Below the pieces are notes generated by a model, which was not told where the DNA came from, did not search any database, and was given only the letters and a program-made list of their open reading frames with translations. 64,000 nt of DNA, taken from the IMG/VR virus record IMGVR_UViG_3300029319_000016, positions 1-64,000 of that record. One strand, 5' to 3'. Source of the stretch: a virus. Shown here one piece after another: positions 16,776 to 25,348 of the stretch. Position 1 is the first letter of the stretch. Each line of letters opens with the position of its first letter. The position numbers and the translations under genes were made by a program.

Positions 16776-17129
16776 CTAAGATCCGCCATAAGTTTTCATG
16801 GCATAAACAATCATTAATCGTTCTTTAATCTCACCATTTAACAACTGCATGTCAAGTTCACTTAATCCATATGAATTAATCTTTGCTTGTTCAGCTATTG
16901 TTGCAAAGATCAATCTTCTAAGTGAACCATCATTAGCACCTATCCTCATCGCGTAGTGACTTCTAAATGCATCATCATCTTTCATTAACTCTATGACATG
17001 AGGATGTGCCATCAAAGCCTCAACACAATCTCTAGTAAAAAGTTTTTCTGCCTCTGACAACTCTTCTTTGAGAACTTTTTGTAATTCTTCTTTAATTATT
17101 TGTTTTATTTGTTTCTTAGTTATCTTCAT
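16776..17129 (-). CDS. Orphan protein with class I leader (putative internal head protein)
   Basis: Begins MKITKKQIKQIIKEELQKVLKEE; ATGA overlap with the portal stop codon. Confidence 0.7.
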   Translation of the reverse strand: MKITKKQIKQIIKEELQKVLKEELSEAEKLFTRDCVEALMAHPHVIELMKDDDAFRSHYAMRIGANDGSLRRLIFATIAEQAKINSYGLSELDMQLLNGEIKERLMIVYAMKTYGGS

Positions 17130-19078
17130 TCTGTTTTTTCCTTTACGTTTAATGACTCGATAAGTATTTCCACTTCGCGAGACACAGTTTCTAATTTTTG
17201 TTCTTCTTCTAAATAACCACCAGCAGCTTGAGATAGTGAGTATTCATTTCCAACGTAGCCTTTATAAATGTTACGACCTGTGGATCTTGCTGTTTCAATT
17301 CCTGTGGAGCCGAGCATAGATTTTTTCATGCCGCCTTTATCATAAGATGATCTATGTCTCTTGTATGGGCCTCGTTTAGATGGAACATCAACATATCCTG
17401 GTGAGTCATCCCGCTTCGCAGAGGGTTCGGCGAGCAGATCAGTGTCACCCCCTTCGTCGCCGCCGACATCACCTCCGCCGGTGTCTCCACCGCCAAGATC
17501 TCCTCCAAGGTCTCCACCAAGCTCACCACCTAGATCTCCACCTGCTTCATCGCCACCACCTCCACCGAGGTCGCCAAGTCCACCAGCAAGGCCGCCGCCT
17601 CCACCAGCATCTTCACCAGCTTCTCCACCAGTTGCAGCGGCTTCAAGCTTGGCTCCAAATTTTTTGTCAAAGAACATTTCTCGTTGATTGCGAAGAAATT
17701 CATCTTCTGATAAGCCAAACATGTTTTCAGCGATCCAGCGTTTTGAAAAGTAACCTTCAGTTGCATTACCAGCAACAGAAAACTTTTTATCCCAATGTTC
17801 AAGTTCTTGTAGTTCAGCAATTTTAGATGGATTATTTAGCTGTAATTTAAATGTTAATAAATCATCGTTTCTATAACCAAGAGTATAAAGATGTATAATA
17901 CCAATTTTTTCTAGTTCAGAAATAGCAACACGTTGAAGTCTTTGTATAGTCCTAGCAAAACGAATATCTTTTTGTGCTAATGTAGTTTTATCTTCTGTTG
18001 CTCCTTCTCCCATAGTTAGGTATGATTGTGGTATTTTTAGAGCAGCAAACAATTTGTCTCTGAGATACTTGACATCATCGATACCACCATTATAAGAAGC
18101 TCCTGGGAGACTGCTTATGTCAGTAGCTGATTGTCCTCCACGAATTGGTACATAATAATCTTCTTCAATTGATAAAGGATTATAGCGTAAGTCAACCCGA
18201 CCTGTTTTTGGATCAACAATAGAGTGTCTTTTTAACTGTGTCATAACTTTTTGCATGTACTGTTCAACTTCCTGTGGAGGAATACCACCAACGTCAATTT
18301 TAAATAAACGACGCTCAGGAGCACGAACAATTCTGTATGCCATCATGGCATCTTCTAATAGTATAAGTTGACGGTGAATGCGTCTACAAGCTTCGAGAAC
18401 TGATGTTCCGTAAGGAGCATGCTTATCATTACCAAGGATTCTGAAGTGGGCAACTTGCCAATTCTCCAGAGTTAGTCCTGCTGTGTTCCACTGGTACTGG
18501 ACGTAATTAGGATTACTTTGGTCCTCTCCTTCTAGACGTTCGATCTCTCTAGTAGGTAGCCCTATTGCAGATCGAATTCCCATATCCTCATCAATGTCAA
18601 GATATAGAAAGAAATCACCGTACTTACACATTGTTCTTGCCCAACCAAAAAGATTGTGTTCGATGTTTAAAACATTGTGATACAAATTATGGAGGATATG
18701 TTTAATTTCTTCGTTCGCACACTTAATGTTAAGCATTGGACGAAGAGCTGTATGGGTTGTCATTTCATCTGCATAAATGTCTAAAGATGAAGCTATCTCT
18801 GGCATGTATTCCATTTCATCAAAATCAACATAACGTTCAGCTCTATTTCTATTTGAAATCATGTTGAGCGTTACAGAGTTTATTGGGTTATATTCCCATT
18901 TTTTAAATTGAGCACCTGTAGCTGATTTGAATTTTGTAGCATAATTATCTAATTGCCGTCTACGTAACATACGACCTGTTTGTGTCCTGCGTTGCGTAAT
19001 TGGACCTGAGAACAGTTTTGTTAAAGCCTTAAATAAATCCGATTGCGGGTTATAAGGCGACTTTTTATATTTTGCCAT
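17126..19078 (-). CDS. gp20: Portal vertex protein (T4 gp20-like)
   Basis: Motifs PEIASSLDIYADE, YGTSVLE, LLEDAMMAYRIVRAPERRLFKIDVG, EDYYVP, DDVKYLRDKLFAALKIP and DIRFARTIQRLQ. Gly/Asp-rich C-terminal tail. Confidence 0.95.
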   Translation of the reverse strand: MAKYKKSPYNPQSDLFKALTKLFSGPITQRRTQTGRMLRRRQLDNYATKFKSATGAQFKKWEYNPINSVTLNMISNRNRAERYVDFDEMEYMPEIASSLDIYADEMTTHTALRPMLNIKCANEEIKHILHNLYHNVLNIEHNLFGWARTMCKYGDFFLYLDIDEDMGIRSAIGLPTREIERLEGEDQSNPNYVQYQWNTAGLTLENWQVAHFRILGNDKHAPYGTSVLEACRRIHRQLILLEDAMMAYRIVRAPERRLFKIDVGGIPPQEVEQYMQKVMTQLKRHSIVDPKTGRVDLRYNPLSIEEDYYVPIRGGQSATDISSLPGASYNGGIDDVKYLRDKLFAALKIPQSYLTMGEGATEDKTTLAQKDIRFARTIQRLQRVAISELEKIGIIHLYTLGYRNDDLLTFKLQLNNPSKIAELQELEHWDKKFSVAGNATEGYFSKRWIAENMFGLSEDEFLRNQREMFFDKKFGAKLEAAATGGEAGEDAGGGGGLAGGLGDLGGGGGDEAGGDLGGELGGDLGGDLGGGDTGGGDVGGDEGGDTDLLAEPSAKRDDSPGYVDVPSKRGPYKRHRSSYDKGGMKKSMLGSTGIETARSTGRNIYKGYVGNEYSLSQAAGGYLEEEQKLETVSREVEILIESLNVKEKTE

Positions 19079-19096
19079 GGTTCATCCTTTTCGTAA

Positions 19097-19136
19097 TAAA
19101 TAGTTCTATTATAGCATAAAGTAAGTCATTTGTCAA
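19097..19136 (-). promoter_or_regulatory. Consensus sigma70 promoter plus CTATTTA element upstream of the portal gene
   Basis: TTGACA (19136-19131), 17-nt spacer, TATAAT (19113-19108) with an extended TG. CTATTTA at 19103-19097. Confidence 0.8.
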
Positions 19137-19137
19137 G

Positions 19138-20724
19138 CTAGCCTTTAAAAATCCAAGCAAAGTCTTTATATGTTTTTTCAAAATCTTCAAAAGCTTCTTG
19201 AGTTTTGTTTCCTACATACCCACGCATACCTTTTATTGATGTATTCATAGTCGTTTGAGAAGACTTAATAGAAGTAACCATAGCCTCTTGATACATCCGA
19301 TCTTTCTCAGATACTTCAAGAGCAGTGTCTCGAACCCAACAAGCAATCGCTAGAGACATTATTAAGTCATCATGATACGATCTCATAGCTTGAGGCTTTC
19401 CATTGTTCCAGATAAAAGTTTTTACTTCATGAAACAAACGAGAGGACTTTGGTTTGACCAATTTATTTCTTATATATTCTTCTAGTTTAGCAACTATAAG
19501 AGGTCTTGTCTTTGTTGATGTTGTAAATCCGATAACTGCTCTGTCATTGTATTCGCCTTCTAAAGAGTCAACATATTCATGTGTAGATTTGATTGAGTAA
19601 TAAAGATTTGGATACCCAAGATCTCTTACTTTCTCACAAGCTGCTATGCCTATACCTACATTTTCAATAACCATGAGACAGTTACCATATTCTTTACCAG
19701 CATCAAATAAAATTTTAGCAAAATGATCCATAGTTGGTTTACCTTGATATTCAGCTACTACACTCATTGTATCTGTTCTTAGTATGTGAAAGACAGATGA
19801 GTCAGCTCCATCGCCACGAGCCACATCAGCAACCATAAGATAGGGAACACCTTCTTGATATTTTTCCCAGATCCATAAATTTCTGTCCCAGCTTGTCTTG
19901 TATTCTGGTTCTTGTTGATTTTCAAACAACCAGTGTATATCATCAGGATGTATCACAGTTTCACCAGAAGTGTTAAAGTTACACTCAAGCTCTTGTGCTA
20001 TTTGTCTTCTCGACATATTCTTAGTTTCTTTAACAAACCAATCTTCATCACGTTCAGGGTGAACATCCCAAGGTAAAGACACAGGGTGAAACTCATTATC
20101 TCCATTCTCTGCATCAACATAAGTTCTATGAAACCAGTTTCCAACTCCCATGGGTGTTGATAAAGCTATACAACGACCCCCTGTTGATAGAGTGGGGTAA
20201 AGACCTGCCCACAGATCATCAAGACCGTCAACGTGTGCTGCCTCGTCTATAATCAATAAAGATAGGGCTTCCGAACGACCAGCATCTGCTGATGTTCCAA
20301 CAGCTTTGATTGTAGAACCATTGGATAATTCAAACGAAGTTCTGTTGTCAATAACGATACTGGCAACCTGCATCCATTTTGGCAAATTTTTCATTACCAT
20401 CTTTACTTTCTTTACTAAATTAGCTGCTGTTCCAAATTTGGTTGCCATGACCAAGATGTTCTTTTCTTTATGAAACAACATAAACCAAACAGCATAAGCT
20501 GCCGAAATAGTAGAAATACCAAGCTGCCTTGCTTTAAGAATAACTGTGAAGCGATAATCATTAAAGTCTTTGACTAATTGGTCTTGGTAAGGATAGGTGT
20601 TAAAAGGGATTAAACCCTTGAGTGGGTGAGAGATCCGACAATAATTATTTATAAAGTATAATGGATCTTTTCCGCACTTAAGGATTTCTTTTATTATTTC
20701 TTGCTTTGATAGCTTGAGGGTCAT
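19138..20724 (-). CDS. terL: Terminase large subunit (T4 gp17-like)
   Basis: Walker A LKARQLGIST, Walker B LLIIDEAAH, LSTPMG, and nuclease motifs ADVARGDGAD and HDDLIMSLAI. Confidence 0.95.
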   Translation of the reverse strand: MTLKLSKQEIIKEILKCGKDPLYFINNYCRISHPLKGLIPFNTYPYQDQLVKDFNDYRFTVILKARQLGISTISAAYAVWFMLFHKEKNILVMATKFGTAANLVKKVKMVMKNLPKWMQVASIVIDNRTSFELSNGSTIKAVGTSADAGRSEALSLLIIDEAAHVDGLDDLWAGLYPTLSTGGRCIALSTPMGVGNWFHRTYVDAENGDNEFHPVSLPWDVHPERDEDWFVKETKNMSRRQIAQELECNFNTSGETVIHPDDIHWLFENQQEPEYKTSWDRNLWIWEKYQEGVPYLMVADVARGDGADSSVFHILRTDTMSVVAEYQGKPTMDHFAKILFDAGKEYGNCLMVIENVGIGIAACEKVRDLGYPNLYYSIKSTHEYVDSLEGEYNDRAVIGFTTSTKTRPLIVAKLEEYIRNKLVKPKSSRLFHEVKTFIWNNGKPQAMRSYHDDLIMSLAIACWVRDTALEVSEKDRMYQEAMVTSIKSSQTTMNTSIKGMRGYVGNKTQEAFEDFEKTYKDFAWIFKG

Positions 20725-21290
20725 TATGCCTTCTTCTGGTTAGCACCTTTCTTTCGTGTATCGTTTTGTGGACGCTTTTTATTGTCTTTAAACTGTTCTA
20801 AAAACTTTCTTGTAACGTCTCTTGTTTGGTCAATTGAAGGTTCAAGGATAGGCATAGCTTCAATTCCACCAATTTTAAAATGCTGATTAGCTTCAACAAA
20901 AGAGCGAACTCTTGATGTTGATTGAACAAGAATGCTTGGTTCACCTTTAGAAGTAAGAGAGACAGATTTACCTGTAACTGCTCTGTATTCTTTTTGTAAA
21001 AAGTTTTTGATGTCGTTTAGCATGGACTCGATGTCTTGTTCAAATTTACCTGCATAAACTTCTTTAAGAAGAATATCTGATTGATAAGAAAGAATCATTG
21101 AATCCCCATAAAATCGAACTTTAAATCCATCCATAACACGTTTATCCATCAAGGGACAACCTTCCTCTCTTTTCAATCCCATGGTTCTTGATTCTCCATC
21201 ATAAGAGTATCTTTCATCATGAGCTCCGTCATAAACATTTGCGGCTGCTTGAGCAAGCCCTTGTATAATTTCTAGTGTTGTACTACTCAT
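20724..21290 (-). CDS. Hypothetical protein
   Basis: 188-aa ORF translationally coupled to the terminase gene. Confidence 0.7.
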   Translation of the reverse strand: MSSTTLEIIQGLAQAAANVYDGAHDERYSYDGESRTMGLKREEGCPLMDKRVMDGFKVRFYGDSMILSYQSDILLKEVYAGKFEQDIESMLNDIKNFLQKEYRAVTGKSVSLTSKGEPSILVQSTSRVRSFVEANQHFKIGGIEAMPILEPSIDQTRDVTRKFLEQFKDNKKRPQNDTRKKGANQKKA

Positions 21291-21657
21291 TTGGTCTCCA
21301 TCCTTTTAGCCATCGTTCTTCACGATCTTCTACCCATTGGATGTAACATTTTTCACAACAATCAAATTTTGCCATATAAACATCATCGTTTGATTTAAAT
21401 GAATAAGTATTACAAACAGGACAAGAACGTTTAGATTCTTTCGTAATTAGTTTCTCTGCAATAAAAACGCCACCAACATCAATTTGGAAGTCGTCTTTTT
21501 CATTTGAGGTTTTGTAAAGATCTTTTAATTGCTTTACATATTCTTTCTCTTTTTCATCGGTCCAATGTCGTTTCGGATTATCAATTGCTTCTTGACCGTA
21601 CTTTTCTGCAATTGCTTTTTCTACTTTTACAATATAGTTTGGATCATTCTTTTTCAT
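21283..21657 (-). CDS. Hypothetical Cys-motif protein, possibly Zn-binding
   Basis: Likely start MKKNDPNY at 21657 (AAAGGTGG upstream). Contains CPVC...CCEKCYIQWVE. Confidence 0.65.
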   Translation of the reverse strand: MKKNDPNYIVKVEKAIAEKYGQEAIDNPKRHWTDEKEKEYVKQLKDLYKTSNEKDDFQIDVGGVFIAEKLITKESKRSCPVCNTYSFKSNDDVYMAKFDCCEKCYIQWVEDREERWLKGWRPNE

Positions 21658-22288
21658 AATCCCACCTTTCTGAATTGCCATATTTCTCCTCATCAGTTTC
21701 GTGTGTTGTTCTCTCAGGTGAATCCATGTCTCTATAAACTTTCATCCAGTATGGAGTTTCTAAATTCTTTGGACTTAAAGAATTGTCTAAGAACCTCATC
21801 TTGTTGTTTGGACCACAGCACAACACACCATCATGATCGTCAAAAAAATAAGTTTTTGTTTTATGTTCGTGCCAACATTCAGATTGCCCATGATCATTTA
21901 CATCTCTTGGTCTCTGAGGGTCACAAGTCCAAAGATAAGTCCCTTCCCATTTGTGCCCTGCTCTGTTGAACATTTCTACATCTATTCCTCGAAGTCCTTG
22001 GATCTGTGTCATTTGCCAGTAGTCTGAAATACAATCCCACCAAGCCACATCAGGCATTTTAATTTCTTTATTTGGTGTTTCTTTTCTGTTAAAGATGGCA
22101 CACTGATCTACTTTATCATAGAAAGCTCCCATTGACGGAAGATAAACTAAATAAAGCGGTGCTCTACCTCTAATAAATCTTATTGCGTGTAAAACGCCAA
22201 AAATAGTTTCGTCTTTTCCATAATTTGGATCACCTGATAAAAAAGACTTTTTAACATAACATTCGGTATAAGGTGTTGATACGATCAC
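21644..22288 (-). CDS. Hypothetical protein
   Basis: 214 aa, GTG start with SD GGAG overlapping the upstream stop. Rich in Trp, Cys and His (WWDC, WHEHK, GPNN). Confidence 0.6.
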   Translation of the reverse strand: MIVSTPYTECYVKKSFLSGDPNYGKDETIFGVLHAIRFIRGRAPLYLVYLPSMGAFYDKVDQCAIFNRKETPNKEIKMPDVAWWDCISDYWQMTQIQGLRGIDVEMFNRAGHKWEGTYLWTCDPQRPRDVNDHGQSECWHEHKTKTYFFDDHDGVLCCGPNNKMRFLDNSLSPKNLETPYWMKVYRDMDSPERTTHETDEEKYGNSERWDYEKE

Positions 22289-23343
22289 GGATCACTCCTA
22301 GCTTTTCTTATTGCCCTACTGATATCTGTAGGATTTTTTATATCTTTTATTCCTAATTCTCTTTGTGCTCTAGAGACATTAATATTTGACGATAGGCTTG
22401 CTACTTCATCACTGGTAGTTATTATCTCTTTAACGTGCGAATACATATTAAAGAAAGCTGTTATTAACTGCCTAGTATCATCGATAGCTGTGTGTAGCTG
22501 AATGTAATCAGGTCCCGGACCATAAACATCCATCATTCTTTGTAGTTTTCCGTTAAAAGAAATAATTGTTTTTATTTCACCATTTACTTCTTTCTCTTTT
22601 TCGTCAAAAAATTTAACCAACCTTCTGTCGCCTTTACTTGCTTCATATTCTGCTATTCCTTTAAGAACTTGTCTTTGAAAATTAACTGTGTCGAAGATGT
22701 CGATTTGTTGAAAAGAAGTTGTGTCAATTCCAAGAGCTTCACCTTCTTTGATTATTTTATTTCTATCAAAAGTTTTTATATTGTGACCAACAGATACGAC
22801 ATTAGGACCTAGTGCTTCAACCCAAGCAAGAAACTCTTCCATGGCTTCATACTCATCTCTATCATCTTCTCTTGTTTGATAGTTTGTGTAACCAATCATA
22901 TCAGCAACAGTATAAGGTCTACCTTCTTCTTTTTCTTTTTGAACCTTTAATAAAAAATCAACCTCTCTTGTGACCTGACCTGTTCTTTCATACTCATCAA
23001 AAATCTCCTCGGCCCTATCAATCATGTCTTGCTGTGCAATATACTTTTCTAATGTTTCTTGATTTAAGGCAACATTGACATCAAACTCTGCTATTGGTTG
23101 TTCGGGAATAGGCCCATCGATATCATCAATTTTAAAAGCAATTGCTCCATACTGAGTTATTTGTCCATCAAAACCTATACTTTCCAAATCCCAAAAGAAC
23201 CATGTCTTTCCATTTAATTCTCTTCTCATGTATTCGAGTACATCGCCGGGGGTCATGTCTCTTAATAAAGATAAATCTTCCATAAGAACTTTTTTTAATT
23301 CTTCTTTTATCATTTTCATGACATCTTTTTTTGTTATTGCCAT
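22285..23343 (-). CDS. DEDDh 3'-5' exonuclease carrying the class I leader
   Basis: Start reassigned to ATG 23343, giving MAITKKDVMKMIKEELKKVLME. ExoI FFWDLESIG, ExoII GHNIKTFD, ExoIII HTAIDD. CTATTTA at 23387-23393. Confidence 0.8.
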   Translation of the reverse strand: MAITKKDVMKMIKEELKKVLMEDLSLLRDMTPGDVLEYMRRELNGKTWFFWDLESIGFDGQITQYGAIAFKIDDIDGPIPEQPIAEFDVNVALNQETLEKYIAQQDMIDRAEEIFDEYERTGQVTREVDFLLKVQKEKEEGRPYTVADMIGYTNYQTREDDRDEYEAMEEFLAWVEALGPNVVSVGHNIKTFDRNKIIKEGEALGIDTTSFQQIDIFDTVNFQRQVLKGIAEYEASKGDRRLVKFFDEKEKEVNGEIKTIISFNGKLQRMMDVYGPGPDYIQLHTAIDDTRQLITAFFNMYSHVKEIITTSDEVASLSSNINVSRAQRELGIKDIKNPTDISRAIRKARSDP

Positions 23344-23732
23344 CAATTCACCGCCTGTGCAATTGCTATTGTAATTCCTACTCCAGTAAATAGTCCAAAA
23401 GAAAACCAAAATTTCTTTTTTGGTGGTGTTTTTAACTGTTCTAAACCTTTTATTCTTTCTTCCAAAGCTTGAACTTCTGCTTCGAGTGTCCCTCTATCGA
23501 GTTTGTGTTGGGACTTAAGTTTGTTTATTTCTTGCTCTTTGTCTGCAAGAAGTATACCAATCTGATAATCCATTTCTATTTGACATCTGTCTGTTGCATC
23601 TGCTATTTGATCGGCTAATAGTTGTGATGCTGTGTCGTTAAACAAACGACCAGAAAACGGAGCTTCCATTCCTTTTTCAAGATAGGTATATTCAGGTGCG
23701 TCTGCAAATGCTAAAGATAGTAAAAAAATCAT
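23343..23732 (-). CDS. Exported or membrane coiled-coil protein, possibly spanin-like
   Basis: Short hydrophobic N-terminus ending AFA, central coiled coil, and a C-terminal transmembrane segment. Confidence 0.45.
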   Translation of the reverse strand: MIFLLSLAFADAPEYTYLEKGMEAPFSGRLFNDTASQLLADQIADATDRCQIEMDYQIGILLADKEQEINKLKSQHKLDRGTLEAEVQALEERIKGLEQLKTPPKKKFWFSFGLFTGVGITIAIAQAVN

Positions 23733-24355
23733 ATTGTTTTAATCCTTCCTTTTAAACAGGGTAATGTTGTAATATTTTTTTTGCGATACCCTTTAGTAAA
23801 CGGAGATCTAAGAAATGCAGGTTTCATTTTATCAGATTTTTCAAATTGATCTATTTCATATGGCCAGAGCTCTAAAGAATCAAAAAATGTATTTTGTTCT
23901 GCGTTGTCTATATTTGAAGGTGTTAATAAGTTACTTTCGGTATCAAGTTGGAATTGTTCATAATCATTAGAAGAAGCATAATATCTCCACTGACTTCTGG
24001 CTTCTTCGCTAACTTGGTTCCTATCACATGCTAGATAGCTATCGTGTTCTACTACTAGTTCTGTTGCAATGTCATATATTAAAGCCCCAAAACCAGTATC
24101 ACGATATTCTCCATCAATTTCAGTCCAACCAATAACAAAACAAGGATTATAGTCCCTAGTTGCATGTAGCTCTCCTACTAAAGAATTATCCCATTTTCTT
24201 ATAGCATAAATTTTTATTGTATCTCGCTCACTTTTAATTTCAAAAATAAGATCATTTTTTTCAACTACTTTTAATCCTTGATTTATCTTATCATTTGCTT
24301 CTTCACAATAAACTTCAAGAATGAGATTGTGTAACTTTTTTGATGTTAATTTCAT
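23729..24355 (-). CDS. GNAT-family acetyltransferase-like protein with a leader variant
   Basis: Acetyl-CoA motif A-like EIDGEYRDTGFGALIYD, followed by VSEEARSQW. N-terminus MKLTSKKLHNLILEV. Confidence 0.6.
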   Translation of the reverse strand: MKLTSKKLHNLILEVYCEEANDKINQGLKVVEKNDLIFEIKSERDTIKIYAIRKWDNSLVGELHATRDYNPCFVIGWTEIDGEYRDTGFGALIYDIATELVVEHDSYLACDRNQVSEEARSQWRYYASSNDYEQFQLDTESNLLTPSNIDNAEQNTFFDSLELWPYEIDQFEKSDKMKPAFLRSPFTKGYRKKNITTLPCLKGRIKTI

Positions 24356-24687
24356 TTCTTCGTTATTCCTAGATCTTTAAAGACATCATCAGGATTAGAT
24401 TGTTGTTTTTCTAATTTTTCTAATCTTTTTTCTTTTTCAGATTCAAGAGCAATCTTTACAGCTTTAGCTTTTTGTTCTGCTCGTTTATCTCTAACTTTTT
24501 TTGCTTTCTGTAGACGCTCAAGTTCTTCGTTCTCTTTCTTGTATTGATCTTTGGCTAAGTTAGCCATTTCCAAATAGTTTTGGTTTGAGCGTCTTCCAAG
24601 CACATAAGATAAAATAAATAAACCCATGAGAATTAACCAGTTCTTATGAGCTACAATCCAATTCTTTGCTTTGTATAACCAGATCAT
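24352..24687 (-). CDS. Membrane-anchored coiled-coil protein, possibly i-spanin-like
   Basis: N-terminal transmembrane segment WLILMGLFILSYVLG followed by a charged coiled coil. Start is either 24687 or 24708. Confidence 0.45.
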   Translation of the reverse strand: MIWLYKAKNWIVAHKNWLILMGLFILSYVLGRRSNQNYLEMANLAKDQYKKENEELERLQKAKKVRDKRAEQKAKAVKIALESEKEKRLEKLEKQQSNPDDVFKDLGITKK

Positions 24688-24689
24688 GA

Positions 24690-24965
24690 CTAACCACCGT
24701 GTCGCCACATTTTAGCAAAGTCAACAGCGGTTTGTCCACCGATGTACATCATAGCAATCATTCCCCAAGTTTCAGGGTCTAGTTGTGCATTCCACAATAA
24801 AGCTGTTGCTGATACAAACACAAGCAGCTTACGAGAGATCGCTTTCTCTTGTAAAGCATCAAGAATACCTTTTTGTTTGTTATCGAGATATAATTGTTGT
24901 TTTAATTTTTCTTTTTTTTCTTGTTCCATTTTTTCTCCTGCCTGTAAAAACTCTTCTCTGGTCAT
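24690..24965 (-). CDS. Small two-TM membrane protein, possibly a holin
   Basis: SRKLLVFVSATALLW and WGMIAMMYIGGQTAVD form two hydrophobic helices. Confidence 0.5.
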   Translation of the reverse strand: MTREEFLQAGEKMEQEKKEKLKQQLYLDNKQKGILDALQEKAISRKLLVFVSATALLWNAQLDPETWGMIAMMYIGGQTAVDFAKMWRHGG

Positions 24966-25285
24966 TAACTTTCCTTTAAGATTTGCATAACTCTTTCTGT
25001 AATATAATCTGCATGCTCAGGACTTTCTTCGGCAACATAGTGATAGATATCATTTTCAAACATATGTCCAAAGCCTTGCTTAATCATTGGTGCAAGGTGC
25101 ATAAATTTGCTGACGGTCTGCATAATAATTCCACCAACATAGTCATAGTCAGGATGATCAGGTCCCATTCCTACTGTCATTCCACTGAAGGAGTCCATAG
25201 GAGGTTCCATGCCCATCATTTCATTCATGACTTTGTTAAGCTCTTCTTTGATAATTTGTTTAATTTGTTTATTTGTTAATTTCAT
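24965..25285 (-). CDS. Orphan Met-rich protein with class I leader
   Basis: Begins MKLTNKQIKQIIKEELNKVMNE; SD GGAG; two CTATTTA copies upstream. Confidence 0.7.
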   Translation of the reverse strand: MKLTNKQIKQIIKEELNKVMNEMMGMEPPMDSFSGMTVGMGPDHPDYDYVGGIIMQTVSKFMHLAPMIKQGFGHMFENDIYHYVAEESPEHADYITERVMQILKES

Positions 25286-25304
25286 TTTTAATCTCCATAA
25301 AATG

Positions 25305-25338
25305 AAAGCCTAAATAGCTTTTACACTAAATAGGCTTT
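25305..25338 (-). promoter_or_regulatory. Hairpin (possible terminator) containing two CTATTTAG copies
   Basis: Minus strand AAAGCCTA-TTTAGTGTAAAAGCTATT-TAGGCTTT. Motif copies at 25327-25333 and 25311-25317. Confidence 0.55.
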
Positions 25339-25348
25339 TGAAAGAGAT

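Noticed and set aside
17326-17826. Pro/Ser-rich and His/Arg-rich ORFs overlapping the portal tail
   Set aside because: They are by-products of the GC-rich Gly-codon repeats in the portal gene and have no independent support.
20724-21290. Small terminase assignment for the gene upstream of terL
   Set aside because: The position is suggestive, but I recognise no supporting motif.
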